Assembly: GCA_002104945.1 (NCBI GenBank)
Contig: MCFH01000033.1
Coordinates: 248,001-312,000, forward strand
Source of the DNA: Piromyces finnis finn
Taxonomy: Eukaryota; Fungi; Neocallimastigomycota
Direction of reading: 5' to 3'
Length of the DNA: 64,000 nucleotides
Positions 1 to 13,384 of this stretch are shown here, piece after piece; the stretch's first letter is position 1, and every line of letters begins with the position of its first letter. The position numbers and the translations under genes are program-made. The notes beneath the pieces were generated by a model. That model saw only the letters and a program-made list of their open reading frames with translations, made no database searches and was not told the origin of the DNA.

Positions 1-284
1 ATATATACAAAACTAAAATTTAATATTATTTTTTAATTTGTTGAATTTTTTAAATTATAATATTATTGGTTGTTAATTAAGTCTAAATAAATAACTTTAA
101 AAATTATTTTTTTGAAAATTTAAGTATAAAATATTTTTATTTGATTTACAATATTTTTATTTATTTAGTTTATGTTTTAATGTTTTTATATTATTATTTT
201 TTGTATGTTGATGTATTTAAACTTTCTTGATTGATTATTTTTAATAAATTAAAGGATTAATTTTTTTTACATTAATTAAACTTT

Positions 285-2247
285 TTAGGATTCATCCATG
301 GTATCATCTTCCTTTTTTTGGATAGCACGTAAAAAAGCTACAACAGCTCCATCACTAGTAGATATACTGGTATCCAAACCAAGTTCAGCCATTAATGGAC
401 CTAAAGCACCAGAACGTAAAGCATAAGTTAATGAATTAACAGAGTGAATAAATTGTGGAGATCTTAAAACTTCTTCAATAGATTGACTATCTAAAGGAGC
501 ATTATCTGGTAAATGCTAATATTATAACAAAAACAATATATCATTTAATTTATGTAATTATATTTTTTTATTATATTTTTGTTTTCCTTTAATTATTGAA
601 ACTTTAAAATACATACTGGAAATAAAGCATTACACACATCACGATCCTTAAGTAATGGTGATACAATTTCTGGAGTTAAAACATCTTGAAGATTAGCATC
701 TAAAAATATTAAAATAGATGTTTAAGTTAAAAAAGCGTTATCATATTTAAAATACTTACATCATATATTTATAAATTAATCTATAAAAACTTACCATTTG
801 TTTCTATTTTATATTTTAGATATAGGCATAATTGAAAATATGGTAATAATAATTATAATACTTTTAATATTTGTATTTATTGCTTGAATGTAAATATATA
901 TATAATAATAATAATATTCACATTCAAAGTAAAATCTTAAAATATATATAAAATAAAATAAAACAAAAATATACCTGGAACTTGAATATTAGAAAGAATT
1001 TCACTAATTTCCTTTAATTGATCATTTGTAAATTGAGTGGTTGGTTTCTTTTTATCACTAGAATCAGCTTCATTAGCATTATCTTCAGAAGTTTCTTCCT
1101 TTGATTGTTGATAAGATTCACTTAATGCATTTAATAATTCTTGATTATAATCCATAACATCGGACTTATCATCAGAATGAACATTATTAATAATATCATT
1201 TACTTTTTTACAAAGTTCTTCATCTTTATCAGCCTTTGGTTCTGTGTAATGTGTAATAAATATAAATAAATGGAATATAAGTTAATTATAAATTAATATA
1301 TTTTTAAATAACTAAATAATAAAATAAAAAAAATTATAAATAAAAATATCATTAATAATCCTATTATATCAATGTCATAATTGGTTTTATACCTTGCATC
1401 CAGAAGAATAATTTTTGAGAAGAAGATTGGAACTTTAAAATATAAACACGATCTTTGGATTGCTTAACTTTGGAAAATTCAGCTATTAAAATAATACAAT
1501 GAAATCTCCAATTAATATATAAATCATAAAATAACACTTTATATATTCAAAGTAATAACATTACCTTCAAATGGGAAAATGATAAGATCATCTTCAACTC
1601 TGTTTGTTGATCTATCCTATAATTTAAAAGTATAACTCTTTTAATATTTAAAATATAGATATATATATTTGCTTAAAAGTTTATTATACCTTCCAGTAAA
1701 AATGCATTAAAGAATCTTCAGGAGATTGATTTAAATAAATTAAGCCTTTTCTTGTATCTGGCTTAACCATATTACCTTCTCTAAACATTTTTCCTTTTAA
1801 AAATAATTTTAAGTAATCAATAAAAAGGAAGTGAAATAATTGATAGTAAATAATAAATAAGATATAAATAGTTCAATATTAAAATTTTTAAGAATGTTAG
1901 AAATAGATGAATGATACATTAATAATACATTTATATATCTATATACAAAAATACAAAATACTAATATCATAAAAACGTAATTTTATATTTAAATATTTAA
2001 TTATGATATTTTTAATAGTAATATATATGATCAGTGAATAAAAATTTAATAACTTTTTAAATCTCTACATAATTAAAATCACAATATCAATGACTTTTCT
2101 TTAAAAAGTTATTATTATTTCCAATAATTTTTAAAAGAAAATCAAACATATTTTTTGAATATAATAATTAATTTAATTACCAGCACGGAATTCAAGAAGA
2201 TGTCTTGATGTTTGTTGTGTATTAAATAAATTAATTGGAAGACTCAT
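285..2247 (-). CDS. RPN13: Proteasome ubiquitin receptor Rpn13/ADRM1 (multi-exon)
   Basis: Manual splicing gives [23 protein letters not shown] / [17 protein letters not shown]...HFYWK / [17 protein letters not shown] / ...KLFFWMQ (Pru domain). The C-terminus [33 protein letters not shown]...VVAFLRAIQ matches the UCH37-binding domain. GT-AG introns. The track ORF 937..1155 is one internal exon. Confidence 0.92.
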
Positions 2248-4340
2248 ATTAAATTATATAGTAATTATTTATAATTATAAATGGATTTTGTGTCGTTATT
2301 TTTTTTTTAATGCTAATAATAATTGATAATTATAAAATTTCCCAATATAAAGAAGCTATCTAAATAATATAAAAATATTGTTTAATAATTGAATTTATAT
2401 AAGTTCAAAAATAATATTACTTTTATAATAAAAAAGCTTGAAAATTAATTTATTTTATATTAAAATAAATAACTTAGAGAAATATTGCACTTTACTTTTA
2501 TTATTAATTACTATTAAAATATTAATAATATATATTAAATAAAAGTAGAATTTTTATATTTCAAAATATATTTTTTTCTTTTTATTATATTATTTATTAT
2601 TATTTTGGTAGTATTATATATTAATTTCGCTTTACTTTGCTTTGTTTTCTGGGTTTTTATATTTTATTTAAATAAAAAAAAAAAATAGAAAAAGTATACT
2701 TGTTTAATAAATAAACTTAATTTATTATTATATAATTAAAATTATTAGAAACAAAAATTAATTAAAAATAAAAAAATAAATAAAAATTTATAATTTAAAA
2801 TATTATTATTAATATTAAAATTTTAAAAAAATATATATATATGTATATTTAAAAGTTAAATATCCATTCAAAAAAAAATAAATTTTAATAAAAATAAAAA
2901 ATACTTAAATTTTTTGTTATAATTCTTATTTTAATTCTTACTAAAAATTATTAAAATAAAAAAATGATGATAAATATACGTCTATAGTATTTATTACTAA
3001 TAGTTCGTTATTTTTAAAAAGGAATAATTTATTAAATGTTAAAAAAAAAAGTATTTTATTAGGTATTAATTAAAAATGAAAATGTTTAAAAAAAAAGTAT
3101 TTTTACATTTTTTTTTTTAGTTTTTATGTAATATTAATCTTTTTAAATAAAGAAAAACAATAATAAAAAATATAACTTATAAATCAAATATGAAATCATA
3201 AAATATTTAGGTATAATCTTTATTAGCATTTAGAAAGTGTTATATATATATTTTTCTTTTTTGTATTATTGAATGATAAAAGAATTAATTTTATATAACT
3301 TTTAAAATGGTATAATATGAAAAATTTAGTATTGATAAATCTAATCCTTAATCAAAATAAAGATTAGGTTTAATTTTAAAAGTGTTTGTTACATTTTTGT
3401 ATTTGTACTAATATATTAAAATACATTTAATATTTTATGTATGTAACACATATATTAAATAATTATACATATATACATTATAAATCCAATCATGAAATTA
3501 TATTAATATACATTTTAAGCCAATCATATTTAAATTTGATATATTAATTAGTGAAGACGTGGATGAAAAATAGATGAATATTTTGCTTTTAAAATATAAT
3601 ATATCAAATAAAATATATGAATATTAAATATATTTATATAATTAAATGAATAATTAATTAATATATAAATAAATTGTAATTCATTAATGAATAATATTAA
3701 TTTATATTATTTTTATATTATTAAATAGTAATATGAAATATATAATAATTTACATTATATTTCTTTTTTATTATTGTTATTTTGCAGATACTTATGTTGG
3801 TGTAAATATTTAATGTACTATTAGTATTTGAATATAATGAAGTATTATTTTATATTATTACAATTGTTTTAATTTTTTTTATTTTATATTTAAATTGTTT
3901 TTTAAAAAGAATAATTAATTTCGTATTAATTATATTTATTATTAACACTTCTAATATTTATATATATTAATAAAAATAAGTATTAATATATTATTAATAA
4001 ATAAATAAATTTATGATGTATCATTTTCATTTAGATTTACATATATCTTCCATAAATTAAAAATAAATAAATAATTAATATTAAGTAATATATTACTCAA
4101 ATACTACTAATGAAATATTAATTTATTATAATATAATTAAGATTTAATATATATTTAATATACATAATATAATAAATAGTAATTAATTTCTAGTTTATTT
4201 GATAATGTGTATTAAATAATATTTTAACTAGAATATTAAGATTTTCAAAAATATTCTTTTATAGTTTATTTTTTTTTTTAGAAAAAAAAAGAATATATTT
4301 CTATATTCATCTATTTAAATTATAGATTTATAATTACAAA

Positions 4341-6133
4341 ATGTCTACTGCTATTAAGAGAGTTCCAAAGCCAAACCAAGAAGAACACAACGCTGAACTT
4401 CAAAAGATTAGAGATACCGTTGATGCTTTAATTAAGAAGAGAGTAAGATAATATTTAATATTTATTTATATAAAAAAATATAGATAAACGATAAATATTT
4501 TCAAATTTTTTTATATTATTATTATTTTTTGATATTTACATCTCTTAGTATGCATATAGTAATATAGTGAATATGCATATAAATTATAAATATATATTAT
4601 AAATACACAGTGGCAATTAATGTATTTTTTAAAAAAGAAATAAAAACATTTTATTTATTTATTTTGAATAGATCATTATTTATTTATTTATTTAAAAAAA
4701 TTAAATAAAAATAAGCATTACTATTAAATATAATAATTATATTAGTTAAGTTATGAATGTTGAATAATTTAAAATTAATAATAATATAATAATATAATTA
4801 TTTTAATTATTAGAATGAACTTAGTGGAAAATTCAACAAGGATGACAATGACAAGTTAAATAATGAAAGAAATGAATTACGTAAAACTCTTGAAAATATT
4901 CGTATTGAACAAGGTAAGATTAAGAAGGGACGTCAAGAAGCTATTAATAAGGTTAAAGAATTACAAGCTCTTCGTAGAAAGAAGGTAAATAAATAAACAA
5001 ACAAACAAATAAATATATTGTTTGTATTTTAATTATAAAATTAATATTTATTGTATTTATTATAAAAGAACGATGAACTTCGTAATGCTAAGCAAAGACT
5101 CCCAGTCTCTAATGTTAAGGATATTGACTCACAAATTAGCCAATTAGAAAAGAATATTGAAGCTGGTGTTAGCGTTAATGAAGAAAAGCAATTACTTAAG
5201 GAAATTTCTAAACTTAAGCAAGCTAAGAACACTCTTGACAAGGTTGAAAAATCTGTTGCTGAATTCAATGTTGATGACAAAATTAAGGCTTTAGATGCTC
5301 AAATTAAGAAATATGATGAAGAACGTAAGCCATTTGAAAAGCAATACACTGAAGTTAAGGCTAAGCTTGATGCTTTAGAAAGTAAGCGTAAGAACCAATC
5401 TGAAAGCTTCAAAAGTAACAAGGAAGAAAGAGCCAAGATTCAAGAACAAATTGAAGCTAACATTCAAAAGAGACGCGATCTTGTTGCTGCTTTTAAGCAA
5501 CAAAGAGAAGAATACCGTAACTTTGTTAAGGCTGACAGAGAACGCAGAGAAGAAGAACGTAAGAAGAAGATTCAAGCTGAAAGAGATGAAAGACTTGCTA
5601 AGCGTTTTGAAGCTGAACTTGAATTAGCTGAAATCCCAGCCTTTACTGAAGAAATCAATTCTTGCAATACCTTAATTAAACTTCTTAACAGCCAATTAGA
5701 AAGCAAGTCTGACAGTGCTGCTGAACAAGTTGAAAAGAATAATGCTAACCTTGAATCTTCTATCCCAGAAGGTGCTATTTTATTAAACTCTAAGAATGAT
5801 CGTGAAGAAGAAGTCTTCTTCTCAGGTAAGGGTAAGAAGAACAAGAAGCAACACAAGAAGGCTAAGGATGCTGAAAATGCTCCAATTAAGTACGATCTTG
5901 GTGTTATGGAAGCTTTCTGGAAGCTTAAGGTTGATGTTCCATCTTCAATTGAAGAAGTTAAACAAGCTATTAAGACTTTAGAAGAAAAGAGAGACAATTA
6001 CCAAAAGAACAGTGCTGAACAAACTAAGAAGAACAAGGAAGAAGCTCAAAGAAAGATCGAAGAACACCGTAAGAAGCTTGAAGCTGGTGAAGAAATTGAT
6101 ATTGATGACAATGTTGAAGATGACAACGAATAA
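4341..6133 (+). CDS. BFR1: Bfr1-like coiled-coil protein (nuclear segregation/polysome-associated), 3 exons (about 4341-4442, 4814-4984, 5069-6133)
   Basis: Starts MSTAIKRVPKPNQEEHNAELQKIRD, followed by a long E/K/Q-rich coiled coil. It contains IPAFTEEINSCNTLIKLL and a C-terminal YDLGVMEAFWKLKVDVPSSIEEVKQAIKTLEEK, resembling the fungal Bfr1 C-terminus. Codon usage is strongly biased (GCT, GAA, AAG). Confidence 0.7.
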
Positions 6134-7563
6134 ATTATTTAATTCTATAATTATATCTTTTTAAGAAGAAATAATTTGAATACTCTTTAATAGTAATATA
6201 ATTTATTATAATAAACATATATTATTATTAAAAGTTTTCATTTTATTTGTAACTTAAAAAATATAAACATGAATTTTATTATTCGTTTTTATATAATTAA
6301 ATGAAAAAAAGGAGTATATTTTATAAAATTATTAAGAAAACAAAAAGCAAAAATAATAAACAAGAAAAAAAAACAAAAAACAAAACAAAAAAAACGAAAA
6401 GATATTAAAGAACAATACAATACCAAAAAAACAAACAAACAAACAAACAAACAAAGAACAAACAAAAACTAAAGTCATATATATAAAATTAATATTTATT
6501 TATTATATTAATTTTTTATATAGTAAAGAAGATTGTAATATTATTTATATTATAAAAGAGTTAAATAATAAGAGGAAAACATCAAGAAGATGCTTTAAAG
6601 GGAACTTTAATAATTTTCATATATTTTATTTTTACACTTTTAATCATTTATTATATATATAAAAGTTAGATGATATAGAAAATAAATGCATAAATCACTA
6701 TTAATTAAAATATTATTATATAAAAATATGTATAGAATTAATTATAAATATTTTTATATAATAATAATAGATAATTCTAATTTTTTGATATAAAGAAATA
6801 GATAAAACGTTTATATTTAAAATAATAATTCATGTTATAAATTTAAAAATAAAGATTTTATTTAATAATTTAAACACGCACAATAATAATAATAATAATA
6901 AAAAAAATTCATTTATCATAAATAAAATAAAAAATATAATATAAAAAAAAAGGAAAAAATCGCGTTTAAAAAATTTCATTTTTTTAAAGGAAATTATTTT
7001 ATAATTATTTCTATTTTTCTATTTTTTTTTTGTTTCTTTAGCGTTCAATTAAAATTAAATTATTTTCTGTAGTTTAAAAAATAAAAAATTAAAAAGATTT
7101 TAATAGAAAGTAGAAATAATTAAGATAAAAAATTAAAACAATAGCTTTGTTTCGTAATAGATATGTACTTCTCTAAACCTAAAAAATAATATATAATATT
7201 CTTTTTTATCATTTATAAAACCCGCCGGGCCCAATTTGAATCAAGATTTTAACACCAATAAGTATAAAGATAATTATAAAATCAATAACTTGGTGTGTAA
7301 CCTTAAGAATTGAAAGATGTATTAATAGCACTTGAATTAACATTTTCATCTAAATAATAATTTATTTTTCAAATTTAATATCAAAAGAAATTGTTCTTGT
7401 ATCAGCTATAACATTAGTAATTTATATACCATATTTATTATAAATAACAATATTTCAAATATTTTGTTATTTATTTTAAATATCCTTAGTTAATTTATAA
7501 TTAAATGTATTATTGGAATTATTATTTGAATTATATAACCGTCTTTTCTTTTTCTTTTTCTTT

Positions 7564-7602
<39 letters not shown>

Positions 7603-8446
7603 TATAAAATAATAATAAAACTATATGTATAATAAATTGGATTTTTTCAATACAAAAGATAGTTTATAACGACTCAATCCTTTATTATTATAATGTAATA
7701 GTATATTATATAGATAATAACGAAAAGGCAAATAAATATTATTATAATTTTTCACGTTTAAGATCTTCAATGCTAATTGTTTATCAAATAGCACTTTTTT
7801 AAAATTTATATTTCTGATGTATTAAAATTATTATCAAAATAGTAAAAATACAATTAATTTTCTCTTAATAGATGTGTCATTTTTTTTTGTTGGTTTGAAA
7901 AGTATTATTAATTAATAATATTTAGAAATATAGAAATAAAATTACTTCGGATTTTTAAAGATATACTTTCTTTCTCGTCAATTTTATTTCAGTTTTTTGA
8001 AGGTGTAAATGAAATATTTAATTGCAATATGATTGTTGTCCGTTTTATGTCATATAGTATATATAAAAAAAAAGAAAAAAAGATATATTTAGTTAAACAA
8101 AATATACTTTTTAATTAATACCAAGAAATTAAATTTTTTTGTGTAACAAATCAAAATTTTAAATCAAATAGTAATTTTATTGCTTCCAAATTACTATAAG
8201 AAATTTTTTTAAATATACAATTTTATTATTTAGCAATATGAATTATGCTCTTTTTATAAAAAATTTATTCTTTATTATTTGCTTCTATTTAATAGTGAAT
8301 GTAAAAATGACGTACTTGATTTTTAAACTAAAAAAGAATAATAATTTTTTTTTAATAATAAATACTATATTTTAATCAATATCCTTTTTTTTTTTTTTTT
8401 TTTTTAATTTTTAAAATTTAAATTTTTTAAAAAAATATTAAATTTG

Positions 8447-8501
8447 ATTGGTTATAAATGTTTAAATATTTGAAAATTATTATATATCGATGGTTGATTG
8501 G
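8447..8501 (-). promoter_or_regulatory. Two CCAAT boxes (TTGATTGG on +) upstream of the SSB gene
   Basis: ATTGG at 8447-8451 and 8497-8501, both in the context TTGATTGG, about 140-190 bp upstream of the ATG at 8638. Supported only by position and repetition. Confidence 0.3.
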
Positions 8502-8637
8502 CTAAAAATAGTGTTTTTTAATTTTTTTTCTTTTTTTTGTAATATGATAAAAAGAATTTTAAAATTTAAAATTTAAAAATTTGCTCTCAAAAGATTTTAA
8601 AAATTACTATATTTAATATCCTTTTATATAATTAAAA

Positions 8638-10803
8638 ATGTCTAAAACTGAATACGAAGGAGCTATTGGTATTGATCTTGGGTAAATATATATTATATAT
8701 TTAATTATATATAAAAATAAATATGATATATAAATTTATATAAATATAGATGTAAAGTTTTATCAGTAATTTGGTTAAAAGGTTAAAATGATTATTGCTA
8801 ACTTTAAAAAAAATGCATTTATAATTTTATATAAATTAAAATAGTACTACATACTCATGTTGTGCTGTTTGGGAAAATGATAGAGTAGAAATTATTGCTA
8901 ATGAACAAGGTAATCGTACTACTCCATCTTACGTTGCTTTCACTGAAGATGAAAGACTTATTGGTGAATCTGCTCAAAATCAAGGTGCTATGAATCCAAC
9001 TAACACCGTTTTTGATGCCAAGCGTTTAATCGGTAGAAGATTCGATGACCCAAGTATTAAGAGTAAGTATATTTTATAAAAATATATAATAAATTAGTAA
9101 TAATAATGCATTAAGAATAAAATAAATATTAATATTTATTATAAAAAATAATAGAGGATATGGAACACTGGCCATTCAAGGTTGTTGAAAATGATGAACA
9201 ACCATTCATTGAAGTTAATTACCAAAATGAAGTTAAACAATTTTCTCCACAAGAAATTTCTTCAATGGTTCTTTACAAAATGAAGGAAATTGCTGAAGCT
9301 AAGCTCGGTAAAACTGTTACTAAGGCTGTTATTACTGTTCCAGCTTATTTCAATGATTCTCAAAGACAAGCTACTAAGGATGCTGGTACTATTGCTGGTT
9401 TAGATGTTTTACGTATCATTAACGAACCAACTGCTGCTGCTATCGCTTATGGTTTAGATAGTAATGTTAAAACTGAACGTAATGTTTTAATTTTCGATCT
9501 TGGTGGTGGTACATTCGATGTTTCATTATTAACAATTGCTGGTGGTATTTTCACTGTTCGTGCAACTGCTGGTGATACTCACTTAGGTGGTGAAGATTTT
9601 GATAACAATCTTGTTGAATACTTCAAGAACGAATTCAAGAGAAAGAACCGTGGATTAGATATTACTGGAAATGCCAGAGCTGTTCGTCGTCTTCGTACTG
9701 CTTCTGAACGTGCCAAGCGTACTCTTTCTTCTGCTGCTCGTACTACTGTCGAAGTTGATTCTCTTTTCAATGGTGTTGATTTCCAAACTACTATTACTCG
9801 TGCCAAGTTCGAAGAAATTAATTCCAAGGCATTTGAATCCACTTTAGAACCAGTTAAGAAGGTTTTAAAGGATGCTAAGATTTTAAAGAGTGAAGTTGAT
9901 GAAATTGTTTTAGTTGGTGGTTCTACTAGAATTCCAAAGATTCAATCTTTACTTCAAGAATTCTTTGATGGAAAGGAATTAAACAAATCTATTAACCCAG
10001 ATGAAGCTGTTGCTTACGGTGCTGCTGTTCAAGGTGCTGTTTTAACTGGTGCTAATGATTCTTCTAAGAAGACTTCTGATTTATTATTATTAGATGTTGT
10101 TCCATTATCTCTTGGTGTTGAAACTGAAGGTGGTTTATTCTCTGTAGTTGTTCCACGTAATTCTTCTATCCCAACTGTTAAGAAGAAGATCTTCACTACT
10201 ACTGAAGACAATCAAACTATTGTTGAATTCCCAATTTATGAAGGTGAACGTACCATGTGTAGTGATAATAATCTTTTAGGTCAATTCACTTTAACTGGTA
10301 TTCCACCAGCTCCAAGAGGTACTGCTGAACTTGAATGTACTTTCGATATCAATGCTGATGGTATTCTTAAGGTTACTGCTCGTGAAAAGGCTACTGGCCG
10401 TTCAGCTAATATTCAAATTAGTAACCAAGCTGGTAGATTATCAAAGGCTGAAATTGATCGTATGGTTAAAGATGCTGAAAAATTCAAGAATGCCGATCGT
10501 AAGAGTGAAGAAAAGGTTCTTGCTAAACAAGAATTAGAAAATTACTTATACCAAGTTGAAAATACTATTTTAGGTGATGAAGCTTTAAGTAGTAAGATGA
10601 AGAGATCTGAACGTAGAAGTATTGAAGATGCTCTTAGTGAAGCTATGTCTTGGATGGATCTTAATGATGATGCTCTTAAGAGTGATTTCTACAGCCAACA
10701 AAAGAAAATAGAAAAGGTTGTTGCTGATGTTATGACCTCTGTTTACAAGAGTGAATCTAAGCCAACCAATGGTACAAGAAGAGAAAGAAGAAGAAGAAAC
10801 TAA
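8638..10803 (+). CDS. SSB1: Ribosome-associated Hsp70 of the fungal Ssb type, 3 exons
   Basis: Exon 1 [15 protein letters not shown], exon 2 [32 protein letters not shown]..., then ORF 9160..10803. Ssb-like features: GAIGIDLG start, [43 protein letters not shown], and no C-terminal EEVD. Confidence 0.93.
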
Positions 10804-12212
10804 GTTGAAAAACAAAATATTTATCAGAATTTTAATATTTCATATTATAGTTTAAAGCATTATCATATATACATTAATATAATTATTTATTGCATTTTAT
10901 TCACCGTGTAGATTTATAATAAATAATGGCAAATTAATTTATTTGATTATAAGAACAAAATAATGAATATATTATTTAAATATTTAATTAGAATATAGAT
11001 ATATATATAAATTTAGTAATTTTTGAAATAACGAGAAAGAAAACTTATTTTTTATAAAAGATATTAAATTATTTTAAAGTTATTTAAATTATATTAAAAT
11101 AAAACTTTATATATTAAAAAAATATAATATTTATGATTTTATTAAAATGAATTATTAAAGTGTTATTTTATTTAGTTCATTCTTTTATAAATGTTATGAT
11201 AAAAGCTATGTATGAAATTTAATCAACTACAACAAAAATTTTATTTAAAGTGTCTCCATTTAATTATTAAGTTATATTTTCATATTGGATTTCATATTTT
11301 CAAAAAAAAAAAAAAGATCATGATATAATCTATGAATATGAATATATGTAAAATAAAAAAATATTAAATGATAAAAAAAAAAAAAAGAAAGCTTTAATGA
11401 TATATAATTTTACATATAAAATTATTAAAAAAAAAAAGGCAATAAATGAGTCTTTATTTATTAATTTATAAACTAATAATAATTCTTTTTAATTTTAATT
11501 TATATCTCTAATTACAAATAATAATAATAATAATTTTATCAAATTTATTTATTATTAAATCACATTATCAATATTAATTGTAATTATACTTTTTAATAAT
11601 CCTAATCATTATTACAATCATAATAATTAATATTATTTACACATTTTTTTTTTTTAAATGATTAGCTATGCTTAATGAATTTCTAAATTATAAATCTATA
11701 GGTTTATTATTATTTTTGTTTAGGTTGTTAATTTTATTATAATACCGATAATATTACTTTTTATTATTAATATTACATTAGCACTAGTTATCAATTTTTT
11801 TTAATTTTATTTCTAGTATTACTTTTATAACTATCATTACTATTAATAGTAATTGTAATGATGAAAACTATTTTTTTTTTGAATAGAAACATTATTTTAT
11901 AATAAATAAAATTAATACTATTTAGAATTATTTCAATATAGTTTAAGATTTAGAAATTTTCTTTTAAATTTAAATAAATATCGAATTAAAATAGAATTAT
12001 TTAGGTTTACTGTTATTTTAAATGTATTTTTATTCTTTAATTCCAAAGTGTAATATTTTTTTAAAATAATTTTAAATAATTACTATTATAAAAATTTATT
12101 TAATAATAATATTAATAAAGAAATAAATCAAACTGAAGTAAAATTATATATATATTATAAAATTAAAAAAAAAAAAAGAAATCAAGTAGTTAAGAAATAG
12201 AAAAATATAAAT

Positions 12213-12764
12213 ATGAATATTGACAATCTTACTCCTGAGTTTCGTCAAGAGACTAAGTTTACAAAGTTTAATCAAGCAAAACTATTTAACGAAAATTCTT
12301 TAGTAAAAATTGAAAAACCATTAAATAAAGATAATCCATCGGATATAACGTTAAATATTAATGATTTTTTAGAAGAACAGGAAGGATATAGGTCATTTAA
12401 ATCGTTTTCATCATATACTCTTCAATATCGCAATAACAGTGGAAATATATATTCAAAGGAAAGGAAATCAAGATATCCAGTAAATGATTCTAAATGTCCA
12501 CTATATTTACGTTTTATGAATATTCTTAGACATGATTATAACAACGTATGAATATATATATACAATAATAATTAGTTTAAACTAATATTCTACATAATTA
12601 TATATTATTATTAACTATATATATTTATTTATTAGTATTATAATAGTGCTTTAATAGATTTATACGATTCTCATAAAAACAATAGTTCAAATAGAATAAA
12701 AAAAAAGGATTTATTAAAAATTGCAACAGTTGATGGAAAAATTAATTGTGGAATTGACTTTTAA
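12213..12764 (+). CDS. Hypothetical protein of about 153 aa, 2 exons (12213-12545, 12636-12764)
   Basis: The 112-aa track ORF has a phase-0 donor (AAC/GTATGA). The intron contains ACTAAT/TTAAC and ends ATTAG. The frame continues for 42 codons (YYNSALIDLYDSHK...KINCGIDF*). No family recognised. Confidence 0.5.
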
Positions 12765-13384
12765 TAAAAGTATTTTAAATACATCAATATAAAATCAAAC
12801 AACAAAGAAAAAGAAAAAAAAAATATATTTTTGGTATTTCGTAATTATATAAAACATAATTAATGATACATCTAAAATATAAATATTGATATCATTAATA
12901 AATATTTTTTTTTGTTATATTATTTAAGATTTTATTGAATATTTTATATTTCTATTATTAAATTATAAAAAAAATATTTATAAAATACAACTATATTAGT
13001 TATTAAAAAAAATACTTCATATTTATATTATAAAAGTTTTGAATGATTATTGTAACTTTATATAGAAAATGTTATAAATCAAAATAATATTTATTTATAT
13101 AAATATACTAAGATAATATAAAATTTATTTTATATTATGAACTAAGACGCTAAACAAATAATAAAATAATAAAGTACTAAAATTAATATTAGCTTTTTTT
13201 TATTATTAATTTGCATATTATTTATTATTATGTATTATTTTGTGTTAACACTTTATTTGTTAAAAATATTTACTTAAAAAAAATGTAATTACAATTATTT
13301 TTTTCCTTGTTTTAATTTATATATATTGTATTATTTATATGTGGGAATATATTAGGTGTTAATATGATATATATGTTAATTTGT

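Noticed and set aside
5041-5997. Minus-strand and alternate-frame track ORFs over the BFR1-like gene
   Set aside because: Antisense or off-frame shadows of a codon-biased real exon.
9579-10815. Short ORFs overlapping the Hsp70 gene
   Set aside because: Shadow ORFs of the SSB coding sequence, with no independent motifs.
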